Origin: a virus
Taxonomy: Duplodnaviria; Caudoviricetes
Direction: 5' to 3' (one strand)
DNA length: 64,000 bases
IMG/VR virus record: IMGVR_UViG_3300010388_000214
Location: 1-64,000 of that record
The first letter of the stretch is position 1, and every line of letters begins with the position of its first letter. Shown in pieces: positions 53,099 to 62,627 of this stretch. The notes beneath the pieces were generated by a model. The model did not search any database, had not been told where the DNA came from, and worked only from the letters and a program-made list of their open reading frames with translations. Position numbers and translations under genes: made by a program.

Positions 53099-53908
53099 AT
53101 GACTATTAATTTTCCCAACTCTCCTACAGATGGCGACAGGTATGATGGATTTATTTATACTTCCGCTACAGATACCTGGGACATTATTGCTATTGATTCC
53201 ATTACTGATGCTGGAGACGTAAGCATACCTTCTACACCAGCAAATAACGCATCTTTTGGTTTTGATCATGACTCTCAACAATGGGAAGCAATGGCTCCAG
53301 CTGTATCCGTTGGACAGGTATTTGCATATTCTGGAACAACAGCACCAGAAGGATACCTTATTTGTAATGGGCAAGAGGTTAGCCAAACCACATATTCAGA
53401 TCTATTTTCCGTATGCTCTACTTCTTATAATACTGGTGAAGAATCTTCTGGAAATTTTAGAGTGCCAGACTTAAAAACAAGAATTCCAGTTCAGGTAGAT
53501 GCTTCAGACTCCAGTTTTAATCTTCTGGGTAAGACTGGTGGCAGCAAGAATGTAACTTTGGATACTACCCAAATACCATCTCACACACACACACAACTTC
53601 CACATAATCATATTCAAAATGCCCACAACCATACTCAGGCATCACATAGTCACACTTTGGGTGTTCCCTTCTACCCATCTGGTTGGGAAGCTGGTGGCTA
53701 TGGAACAGGGTATTATGGATCATTCCGAAACCGTGTAATTATTTCTGGTGGTGGTACAGGTATTGGTAGTGATGGTCGTGCTCCTGCAATTCAAAACCAG
53801 ACAGCCACAAACCAAAACACCACAGCAGTAAACCAAAATACTGGTGGTGGTCAAGCACACAATAATTTACAATCTTACGTTGTGGTACAATATATTATTA
53901 AGACTTAA
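53099..53908 (+). CDS. tail-collar-domain fibre, paralog 3
   Basis: Same architecture; PEGYLICNG; HNNLQSY. Confidence 0.85.
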   Translation: MTINFPNSPTDGDRYDGFIYTSATDTWDIIAIDSITDAGDVSIPSTPANNASFGFDHDSQQWEAMAPAVSVGQVFAYSGTTAPEGYLICNGQEVSQTTYSDLFSVCSTSYNTGEESSGNFRVPDLKTRIPVQVDASDSSFNLLGKTGGSKNVTLDTTQIPSHTHTQLPHNHIQNAHNHTQASHSHTLGVPFYPSGWEAGGYGTGYYGSFRNRVIISGGGTGIGSDGRAPAIQNQTATNQNTTAVNQNTGGGQAHNNLQSYVVVQYIIKT

Positions 53909-53918
53909 TGGAGGAACT

Positions 53919-54170
53919 ATGCTGGTACCTAGTAATGCTACAGCTGAGGCTATCGAAAAGATGCAACAGCAAAATTTTAGCTACCAAAATCAGCTAGATA
54001 CTCTGACTGCACTAATGGCAGATAATGAAAGATTGATTCAAGAGCTTTTGCCTGCTGGCACATGGGAAGAGGTTGAGGATCCAGACACAACCGACACCCC
54101 AGACGGAGAGGGACTGTTGCCAACGCCATTCCCACCACCAACTAATCCAGAATTGGATACAACAAGCTAG
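53919..54170 (+). CDS. hypothetical protein
   Basis: GGAGG SD. Confidence 0.55.
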   Translation: MLVPSNATAEAIEKMQQQNFSYQNQLDTLTALMADNERLIQELLPAGTWEEVEDPDTTDTPDGEGLLPTPFPPPTNPELDTTS

Positions 54171-54182
54171 TAGGAAATAATC

Positions 54183-54470
54183 ATGCCAGTAAACTTTCCT
54201 ACCAGTCCAGCTCTCAACGACACGTATACCTACTCTGGTCGTGTCTGGAAGTGGAATGGAAAAGCATGGGAGTCTATCAGCTCTAGCTATGGACCAACTG
54301 GACCTCAAGGTCTGTCTGCGTATGAAGTAGCAGTCGATAACGGTTTCATTGGAACAGAATCCGAATGGCTAGCTGCATCTCTAAACACAATAGAGGGCAA
54401 TAATATTAAAGTTACAGTAGCTGAGAATGCACCAACAAGTCCCGATACTGGCGACTTGTGGTTTTGGTAG
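54183..54470 (+). CDS. short tail-associated protein
   Basis: NFPTSP, GLSAYEVAV.NGF.GTESEWLAS. Confidence 0.7.
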   Translation: MPVNFPTSPALNDTYTYSGRVWKWNGKAWESISSSYGPTGPQGLSAYEVAVDNGFIGTESEWLAASLNTIEGNNIKVTVAENAPTSPDTGDLWFW

Positions 54471-54481
54471 GTGATTAGCTA

Positions 54482-55576
54482 ATGCCAAGAACCCAGGGTA
54501 ATGGTGTAACAATTGGTTCCAGCGTCAATAATAACTATTTCTTTATTGACTGGTCAGAAACCGTAAACTATAGTGCAAACACTTCAACCATTAGCTGGTC
54601 GGCATATTTTCACTACACATCTTCTGACGCACAGCTGGACGATGGAGATGCAAGTATTGGTGGAAATCTTGTTTGGGATGTTCCAGGCAGAGTTAAAAAC
54701 TATGCAGGCACATTCACCACAAGAGACCATTTTTTGGCTTCTGGATCAATTACTTTAGGTCATACCAATGATGGTGGTGGTACCTTTAACGTATCTGGTA
54801 GCGTTTTTGGTTCTCTTTCAGCTAGATCTTCCGCTTCCGCAAACTATAGCTTTACAGCAATTGATAGAACCCCAACTACTCCATCAATTAGTGGTGGGCT
54901 TAGGGCTACAGATGGACTAAGCTTTTCTGCAGTCGCAACTGGTGGGGTGAATAACTCTGGACCCACTGTAACCTTTACGCTGCAAAGATCTACAAACAAT
55001 GTAGACTTTACCGATATATCTTCTACAACAACATCTGGTGCCACGCTTACAGCTTCAGGACTTACTGGAAGCACAGTTTATTACTTTAGAATTAAGGCGT
55101 CAAACTCTGTTAGTACAAAGTATTCGTCATCCATTACTTCTAACGGCGTACCAACCGCACCAGCATCGCTAACATACGTAAAGACTGGAAGAAATGTCGC
55201 CCTTACAGCAACCGCATCTTCATCTGCTGGCGGAGGAACAATCTCCTCTTATTCCGTACAATACAGAACTAGTTCGGATGGCGGTTCTAGCTGGGGTAGC
55301 TGGGGAAATACTCAGACTATGACATCTCTGCAATATACATACTCGCTATTGCCACCAGCATTAACCTATGACTTTAGAGTATACTCTACAAACGAAGTTG
55401 GAAACAGTCCTACAACATCTATTGCTACACCATTCTTTGTCGCAGCTGGTGGAAAGAGGTGGAATGGCACAGCGTTTGTCGCAACCCAGACCGCCAAGAG
55501 GTGGAATGGGACATCCTGGATAGATCTAACAACTGCTAAAAGGTGGAATGGGTCATCGTGGGTAGATCTTTCTTGA
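54482..55576 (+). CDS. minor tail protein with Fn3 domains
   Basis: YYFRIKASN, YDFRVYSTN; C-terminal (KRWNG..W)x3. Confidence 0.75.
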   Translation: MPRTQGNGVTIGSSVNNNYFFIDWSETVNYSANTSTISWSAYFHYTSSDAQLDDGDASIGGNLVWDVPGRVKNYAGTFTTRDHFLASGSITLGHTNDGGGTFNVSGSVFGSLSARSSASANYSFTAIDRTPTTPSISGGLRATDGLSFSAVATGGVNNSGPTVTFTLQRSTNNVDFTDISSTTTSGATLTASGLTGSTVYYFRIKASNSVSTKYSSSITSNGVPTAPASLTYVKTGRNVALTATASSSAGGGTISSYSVQYRTSSDGGSSWGSWGNTQTMTSLQYTYSLLPPALTYDFRVYSTNEVGNSPTTSIATPFFVAAGGKRWNGTAFVATQTAKRWNGTSWIDLTTAKRWNGSSWVDLS

Positions 55577-55605
55577 TGTATAATATTATTAACAGATAGG
55601 AAAGT

Positions 55606-56658
55606 ATGAGAGTAGCAGTTTACACAATTGCATTAAATGAAGAACAGTTTGTGCAGCCATGGTATGAGTCTGCAAAAGAAGCAGACTACCTACTTATTGC
55701 AGATACTGGATCTACCGATGAAACAGTGCAGCGTGCACTTGAGCTTGACATTGACGTTGCTCATATATCAGTTAAACCGTGGAGGTTTGACGATGCCCGT
55801 AACGCATCCTTGGCTGCCTTGCCAGATGATATAGATATCTGCATCGCACTAGATATGGACGAAGTGCTTTTGCCAGGGTGGAGAGAAGAGCTTGAAAAGG
55901 CTTATGCTCAGCAAGCTACTAGGCCAAGATACAAATATACCTGGAACTGGAAAGAGGACGGCTCTCCAGGACTTCAGTATGGCGGAGACAAGATTCACGC
56001 ACGTCATGGCTATAGGTGGAAGCATCCAGTACACGAAGTGATAGTGGCCGATCGCATACAGGAAAAACAGGTTTGGTGTAATTTAGAAATTCACCATCAC
56101 GCAGACAATTCAAAGTCAAGATCTTCCTACCTGCCATTATTAGAGCTTTCGGTAACGGAAGATCCATTCAATGATCGTAATGCATTTTACTACGCCAGAG
56201 AGCTGACATTTTATGGACAGACAGATAAGGCAATTAAAGAACTTAACCGATACCTGTCACTACCAACCGCAACCTGGGGTGCTGAAAGAGCCAGGGCACA
56301 CAGGTATTTAGCACAGTACGACACTGACAATACAGAGATTCATCTCAAGAATGCAATTAGTGAAGATGCTGGTAGACGAGAGCCAATCGTAGACTTGGCA
56401 ATGATGTATTACAAAAAGGGTGAGTGGAGAAGCTGCTATAGAGCAGCCTTAGACGCTTTGCAAATAAGGGAAAAGCCTCTAGACTATCTCTGCGAAGAGT
56501 TTGCCTGGGGAGATGCTCCGTACGATTTAGCCGCTATATCTGCATACCATCTAGGCCTAACGCCAACAGCCATTAAGTATGGCAAAAAGGCTGTAGCCCT
56601 GAACCCAAACGATGAAAGACTGAAGGCCAACCTGAAGTTTTATTTAAACAAAGACTAG
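55606..56658 (+). CDS. GT2 glycosyltransferase with TPR repeats
   Basis: IALNEE, DTGSTD, RFDDARN, LDMDE, PVHE. Confidence 0.88.
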   Translation: MRVAVYTIALNEEQFVQPWYESAKEADYLLIADTGSTDETVQRALELDIDVAHISVKPWRFDDARNASLAALPDDIDICIALDMDEVLLPGWREELEKAYAQQATRPRYKYTWNWKEDGSPGLQYGGDKIHARHGYRWKHPVHEVIVADRIQEKQVWCNLEIHHHADNSKSRSSYLPLLELSVTEDPFNDRNAFYYARELTFYGQTDKAIKELNRYLSLPTATWGAERARAHRYLAQYDTDNTEIHLKNAISEDAGRREPIVDLAMMYYKKGEWRSCYRAALDALQIREKPLDYLCEEFAWGDAPYDLAAISAYHLGLTPTAIKYGKKAVALNPNDERLKANLKFYLNKD

Positions 56659-56676
56659 TTATGTTATAATTGGGAT

Positions 56677-57192
56677 ATGGCTAATATTGGATCCTCAACA
56701 TTTGACTCGCTGATTCCTGACATCACCGACATTGCCGATATTCAAAAAGCTTTCAAGCTTTATCACTTTGGAAATACTGAGCTAACATCAACTTCTGGTC
56801 AGGGTATTTGGGGACACCTAACCTCTATTAGTTCTGCTGTTGCCACTAAAGCAAATATTGCTAGCCCCACATTTACTGGTACAGTCACGATGCCAGCTGG
56901 AACAATTTCTTCTGTAGCACTAAAGCTGGTTGCAGGCACAAACCTAACAACTCCAGTAGCAGGTGCTGTAGAGTTTGACGGAACAAACTTATACTTTACC
57001 CCATCTTCTAGCAGAAAAACTGTAGCTTTTACTGATTCGAACATTACTGGTACTGCCGCAGCTGCACAGTCTGTTTTATATTATGGAGGATCTTCTGGAT
57101 CCATGAATTATTCAGCACCCAACAAGAAAATCTTTACTGGATCGACTCCACCATCATCTGGTGTAGCAGTTGGCGATATTTGGATGTGGTAG
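56677..57192 (+). CDS. tail-associated protein
   Basis: KANIASPTFTGTV, GAVEFDG. Confidence 0.65.
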   Translation: MANIGSSTFDSLIPDITDIADIQKAFKLYHFGNTELTSTSGQGIWGHLTSISSAVATKANIASPTFTGTVTMPAGTISSVALKLVAGTNLTTPVAGAVEFDGTNLYFTPSSSRKTVAFTDSNITGTAAAAQSVLYYGGSSGSMNYSAPNKKIFTGSTPPSSGVAVGDIWMW

Positions 57193-57195
57193 TCA

Positions 57196-58644
57196 ATGGC
57201 TTCGGGTACAGGTTCTTCCGATAGAGGCTATTATCTAAGAGCCAATATTACGCAGGGTCAGCAAGACTCTACTAATAACAGAACCTATTGCTATGCATCA
57301 ATCGAGCTTGTAGCGACAAACCAGTATTTCTCTAACTGGACTGGCGAAGGAAACTTCCAGGTAAACGGAGGCGTAGTCCAATACTACGGCGGTAAGTACT
57401 ACATGACTGGTACATATACATCGATTACTATTGGTTCTTGGGAAGGATGGGTTGGACATAATAGTGTTGGTGAAGCAACTCTAAGTGTCTACTCTCTGTT
57501 CAATATTCCAAACGGAGCAAGTTATACTCCAAGAAATATTTCCGTATCATATCAGGAAACTCTGCCAAACTATACCAGATTACCAAGCAAGCCAAGCATC
57601 ACTCTAGACTCTAGAGATCGTGGAACTATTAACATGACTGCTAGTTCTTCGGTACCTTCTGGTGCACCAGCAATTACATCTTATACGTGGGAATACAGCA
57701 CAAATGGGTCTAGCTGGACAAGTATTGCTGGACAGACCACCTCTACACTTAACTGGACTGGTGCTACTGCAACCACCCAATACTATATAAGAGTTTATGC
57801 AACAAACACTGAAGGAAACAGCTATTCTGACTCAAGTGCATTAATTTCTGCAGCACCAAGTCAGCCAATAGCAGCTACGCTATCAAGAGACGGAACATCA
57901 ATCTCTGCAGTACTATCCACCCCAGCAGCCAATGGTAGCAGTCTAACAACCTTTACAGTTCAAGTAGATACAGTTTCTTCCTTTGACTCATTAGGACTTT
58001 CCACAACTAGTGGTATTTTAGCAAGCCCGTTTGCAATCCCAGAACTTTCACCAGATACTACCTACTATTTGAGATACAAGGTTGGATCTACCAACAGAGG
58101 AGACTCTGACTATTCCGCATCTTCAAATGTAACCATTCCTCCAGTTCCTTCGGGACCCACAATTACAACAGCACTAACAAAACAAGTTAGAAAGGTAACC
58201 ATTGACTGGAATGCCCCATCTGTTTCTGGTGGAACTACAATTCTGGGGTACCAGGTAGAAGCCAGGTATAGCGAAGATGGTGGATCTACCTGGGTAAATA
58301 GTTTTGAACAAATAGCTACTCCTGCAGCTGGAACTACCATTTTAGAAACTGCAGATTTAAATATTGCAAAAACTTATCAATTTAGAGTACGGGCAGTAAC
58401 AGATGTAGGGCTGACAGCCTACTCTTCCACGGCTTCTCTGACGGAATACAATAGTATTTTTATTTCTGCATATGGCTATCGTCACGACGGAACAAACTTC
58501 AATACTGCAATTCAGTTTGCTGCAAGATATACTGGAAGTTCTGGAGATTCCATTGTTGTAAATGGAACAACCTACACTGGCTGGAAAACAATAGAAAACG
58601 TAAAACGCTATACTGGCTCAGAATTTATATCTTTGACTCAATAG
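57196..58644 (+). CDS. minor tail protein with Fn3 domains
   Basis: YYIRVYATN, YYLRY, W.AP...YQFRVRAV. Confidence 0.75.
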   Translation: MASGTGSSDRGYYLRANITQGQQDSTNNRTYCYASIELVATNQYFSNWTGEGNFQVNGGVVQYYGGKYYMTGTYTSITIGSWEGWVGHNSVGEATLSVYSLFNIPNGASYTPRNISVSYQETLPNYTRLPSKPSITLDSRDRGTINMTASSSVPSGAPAITSYTWEYSTNGSSWTSIAGQTTSTLNWTGATATTQYYIRVYATNTEGNSYSDSSALISAAPSQPIAATLSRDGTSISAVLSTPAANGSSLTTFTVQVDTVSSFDSLGLSTTSGILASPFAIPELSPDTTYYLRYKVGSTNRGDSDYSASSNVTIPPVPSGPTITTALTKQVRKVTIDWNAPSVSGGTTILGYQVEARYSEDGGSTWVNSFEQIATPAAGTTILETADLNIAKTYQFRVRAVTDVGLTAYSSTASLTEYNSIFISAYGYRHDGTNFNTAIQFAARYTGSSGDSIVVNGTTYTGWKTIENVKRYTGSEFISLTQ

Positions 58645-58691
58645 ATAAATAATTAAAACCTAGTATGGTAAGATTGTTTTAGGTGAATTAA

Positions 58692-61600
58692 TTGTCAACT
58701 CCATCAAATCTTTATGCAGAAAAGGTGTTTTCGGAACATCCAATTGCACTGTGGGCACTTGACGATAAATGTGACTACATCAGTTATGTCAGCGAATCAA
58801 ACAGAAGATTCTATGACTACACAACTCAGTGGTTGTATACTGGCATGACGCCATCTTCTGGGGAGAGTGGAACGGTTGTAGAGTTTTCTGCAACTTCTGC
58901 TATCGTGGACGAAAAATTTGTTTTTCAAGATTCTGCGGTAACGAAGATTACACCTCCAGCACTCACAGTAGGTCAAACAGGAACTTTTACAATAAGTAGC
59001 AGGTTTACAATTGATGTAGTTAGTAGATCCTTTTCTGTCGCACTCTATCAATACTCTGACGTAGCACTAACTAGCGTAGAGATTTCTGCTACGGCAACTG
59101 GATACTCTCAGACCGAAACTTTCTCCAGTCTTCAGGCAAACAAGCAAAACCATCTCTGTGCAACTTTTAGTACAACAGAAGAAGTCAATGACATAACTAT
59201 TTCAATTGAGATTACCTATCCATACTCTGCAACAGCTACAGAAATATACTTAAACGGATTTTCTATTGGATCTTTTAGTGAAGAGTTTTCTGCAACTTCT
59301 TTGGGAATTGACTATCAGCAACAGCTTCCTACAGACATTGCACTATCACAGCGTAATGGAGTAAAGGCGTTGGCCTATGGGTCAGAACAGGACTACGGAT
59401 ACTACCTTTTATCTGACACAACACTACTTGCAAAAAACTCAAGTATCCCCATGGTTTACGGTGCATCAAACTCCACTATTCTTCACGAGGCAAATCAGAC
59501 AGAACCACACATGATCCTTCCAGGAAAAGGCTTTATGAATGAAAAGGGGAAGACTAATACCCTAACTCTAGAGGCATGGCTGAGAATTAATTCAAACAAT
59601 GCATCTGAAAGAATTATTGGGCCAATTGCATCAGAGGACGGACTTTACGTAGACGGGCCATTCCTGGTTCTTAGAATTGATGACAAGACATGCTCTCACT
59701 TTGTCGGGGAATGGTTTAGGCCAATGCTAGTAGACGTTATTGTTAGCAAGTCTACAGCATCCCTAATGGTAAATGGAGAATCTGTTGCATCAATAGATCT
59801 TTCGGACTCAACCCATAACTACGCTTCGCCAGAAGATTCAAGTGGAAAAAGTCAGGACTGGATTGGGTTTTACTGTTATGGAAATGTGACTTCTGTAGAG
59901 GTAGACTGTGTTGCCATTTATCCATATGAAGTTAGTGAAGTGTTGGCTAAGAAGAGATTTGTTTCTGGCCAAGGAGTGGTGTATCCACAAGACATTAACG
60001 TAGCCTATTCTGGTGAATCTATTTTTATCGACTACATATATTCGAACTATGCAAAAAATTATGAGTTTCCAACAATATCTAGCTGGCAGCAAGGCTTCTT
60101 TGATAACTTGGATGTTTCTTCAAAAAAACTGTCATCGCCAACATATCAGCTACCTAGCGTTTCGTCTAGTGGCGGATCTGCATACACCATATCTAAGCTA
60201 CAAAAAGATCTAAATCCAACCCACGGTGCAATTTCACTAAAAGAGCCATCAGACTGGTCTGACAAGAACTCTTACCTTTATTTTCCATCACTCAACATCT
60301 TGCAAACCACAGTTTCTGCCATCTTGGGAATTTTTTATAAATCAGAAACTGATTCTTCCACAAATAGGCAGACGTTAATTAAAATTGTTAATACGTTAAA
60401 TGATAGCTATGTTCGAATTTCGTTGGAAGATGAAACTCTTAGATATTCTTACAAGGTGATGGGTCAAGCAGAACTAACTTTAGATTATAGTGATGAAAAC
60501 GAAACAGTAGACATTACAAAGGGAGATCTATTCTCGGCAGGAATCAATATTTCAAAAATTTCTGAAAAATATCCAGAGCTAAAGGAATTTTTCTCAAACA
60601 GAAGTTCTCTATCCGTAATGATTGCAGGCGACTACTCTGGAACAGACTCTTCGCTAGATACAACATTTAGTGGAAGAATGTCTAGCATTAGTTTTTGTAC
60701 TGAAAAAAATGTACAAGAGTTTGACCTATTCTTTAGTGCGGACGGCATCTTGGATACTACCGAAACAACACTTCCTGCAGCAAGTTATAGCCTAGTTCTT
60801 AGCGATGTTTCTGGGGTATCGAAAATAGAGGTTAGTACAAAGTCTTACTGGCAATCACATGTTCCACTTTCTTCTCTCTCAAAACTACAAACTAGCTCTA
60901 CTGGGGTAGTTAGTGACGGAATTGACTTTGTTCAGATTAATCTTGACTACCCACAAACTAGGCCAACAGCTACCGCAGAACTAGATCCAAGACTGGATGA
61001 TGTAAAAACATTTGTAACCTTTCAATATATTTCTGATGGGGCAAATAAAGATCTATCTGAATTTACATCGCTAACATTTGATTCAGAAAAGGTGTTTTTG
61101 GTAGAACCAGGATCAAGCTCAGAAGACTGGACGGAAACAAAGTATCAGGTTATTGACGGAACGATTGTTTATCCACCAGAACTGCAAGACGGAGAGTCCT
61201 ATGTAGACATAGCACTTTGCATTCATATGGAAATTGTTGCGAACAATTCTTTAAGTAATAAATTGGTTACCAGATTCCTAAAACTTGGATCTCAAAGCTT
61301 GTCTAATAATGCCTCTGTAGCGTCTTCGCCAATAAACAAGATTGGAACAAAGTTTGGCAAGGGGCTTTATCCATATAAAGAAAATGCTACTAATGGATTC
61401 CCTGGAAACATTTCCTATAAAGCTAAAAACCCATTTAGAATATTTAGAGGTTCTGGACCTCACCTTTACTTAACTCATAATTCTGGAATCTCTGTTGCTG
61501 GAGAGTATGATAGTAATGTAAATAGGGGTCTGTTTGCAAGACTAAACAGAGATGCTTTTGCTAATACAAACATCAGCTCTCTGCAAATGTCGGTCCTCTG

Positions 61601-62237
61601 GAATAATAAATTATTTCCAGAGACTCCACAAAAGATTTTTGAAATTGATGCATCTACTGGTGTTTACAACTTCTACGTGGAGGCCGTAGACGGGTTACGC
61701 AGACGTGGAAAAATTACTGTAACTCTTACGTCTGGTACCGTTGAGTCTGGAACCAACACAGTATTCTTCTATTGGAACGGTAACGTTGTTACCAATCCCG
61801 TTATGACACTGGGAGAGTGGGGAATGCTCGGCATCGTATTTAAGCCATACCTGGTGTTTAATAACTCTGTCGGGTATATTAAATTTACTTCGCCAATGAT
61901 AGTCAACAACCTTTCTACATATCAGTTAGACTCTTCATCTCAAGCTCAGCAGATCGTTTACAAGACCTGGCAAGATATTGAAGACAACCCATCCGAAGAC
62001 GAATGGGACGAATGGTATGTGGAGGGCGGAACCTCAAAAACATGGGAAGATGCGTTTTATAAAGTCGCAACATTCAACCCATCTATTGATCCTGCAGAAA
62101 TTTACAAGACATATATTGGTACAAACAAGATTATTGCAGATAGTTCTTCGCAGTCTGGTCAGGTTAGGTTAAATAAGTATGAGTATGTAACATATGGTGG
62201 CGTACAGCGTGACAGTTATCCAGTCGGTCTCTTATAA
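58692..62237 (+). CDS. large minor tail protein (LamG-like domain)
   Basis: HPIALWALDD, TLEAWLRI; 1181 aa, beta-rich. Confidence 0.7.
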   Translation: MSTPSNLYAEKVFSEHPIALWALDDKCDYISYVSESNRRFYDYTTQWLYTGMTPSSGESGTVVEFSATSAIVDEKFVFQDSAVTKITPPALTVGQTGTFTISSRFTIDVVSRSFSVALYQYSDVALTSVEISATATGYSQTETFSSLQANKQNHLCATFSTTEEVNDITISIEITYPYSATATEIYLNGFSIGSFSEEFSATSLGIDYQQQLPTDIALSQRNGVKALAYGSEQDYGYYLLSDTTLLAKNSSIPMVYGASNSTILHEANQTEPHMILPGKGFMNEKGKTNTLTLEAWLRINSNNASERIIGPIASEDGLYVDGPFLVLRIDDKTCSHFVGEWFRPMLVDVIVSKSTASLMVNGESVASIDLSDSTHNYASPEDSSGKSQDWIGFYCYGNVTSVEVDCVAIYPYEVSEVLAKKRFVSGQGVVYPQDINVAYSGESIFIDYIYSNYAKNYEFPTISSWQQGFFDNLDVSSKKLSSPTYQLPSVSSSGGSAYTISKLQKDLNPTHGAISLKEPSDWSDKNSYLYFPSLNILQTTVSAILGIFYKSETDSSTNRQTLIKIVNTLNDSYVRISLEDETLRYSYKVMGQAELTLDYSDENETVDITKGDLFSAGINISKISEKYPELKEFFSNRSSLSVMIAGDYSGTDSSLDTTFSGRMSSISFCTEKNVQEFDLFFSADGILDTTETTLPAASYSLVLSDVSGVSKIEVSTKSYWQSHVPLSSLSKLQTSSTGVVSDGIDFVQINLDYPQTRPTATAELDPRLDDVKTFVTFQYISDGANKDLSEFTSLTFDSEKVFLVEPGSSSEDWTETKYQVIDGTIVYPPELQDGESYVDIALCIHMEIVANNSLSNKLVTRFLKLGSQSLSNNASVASSPINKIGTKFGKGLYPYKENATNGFPGNISYKAKNPFRIFRGSGPHLYLTHNSGISVAGEYDSNVNRGLFARLNRDAFANTNISSLQMSVLWNNKLFPETPQKIFEIDASTGVYNFYVEAVDGLRRRGKITVTLTSGTVESGTNTVFFYWNGNVVTNPVMTLGEWGMLGIVFKPYLVFNNSVGYIKFTSPMIVNNLSTYQLDSSSQAQQIVYKTWQDIEDNPSEDEWDEWYVEGGTSKTWEDAFYKVATFNPSIDPAEIYKTYIGTNKIIADSSSQSGQVRLNKYEYVTYGGVQRDSYPVGLL

Positions 62238-62255
62238 TATGGTATACTTGTAATC

Positions 62256-62627
62256 ATGGAAAAGATTATGAAGGGTCAGATTGGTAAGACCAAGATCCAG
62301 GTTATTGAAGAGCCATTCTCAAACGCAGGTGTATATGTTTGGAAAAAGGCTAGCGGCAAGTTTTTTACAGATGGGGAAGGCAACGTTCTTAACATTCCAT
62401 CGATGCGTGGTGACGAAAGCAAGATTCGAGAAATCTCTGATGCAGCTGCGTACCACGGTGAGCCAGACGGAGAAGCTATCTTCTTCCCCAACGTTGCCAG
62501 GGTATCTGACGAAGAGCACAGCGAACAGCTTGATCGTATGAAGCAGGGACTAATCCCATCGATGAACGACCTTGGTGCATTGATTGCAGCCAAGAAGACA
62601 CAGGAGATGTACGGTAACGATGACTAA
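62256..62627 (+). CDS. hypothetical protein preceding portal
   Basis: Leaderless; overlaps portal start. Confidence 0.7.
   Translation: MEKIMKGQIGKTKIQVIEEPFSNAGVYVWKKASGKFFTDGEGNVLNIPSMRGDESKIREISDAAAYHGEPDGEAIFFPNVARVSDEEHSEQLDRMKQGLIPSMNDLGALIAAKKTQEMYGNDD

Noticed and set aside
51449-53908. Diversity-generating retroelement acting on tail paralogs
   Set aside because: No reverse transcriptase in the window and no near-identical template/variable repeat pair differing at adenines
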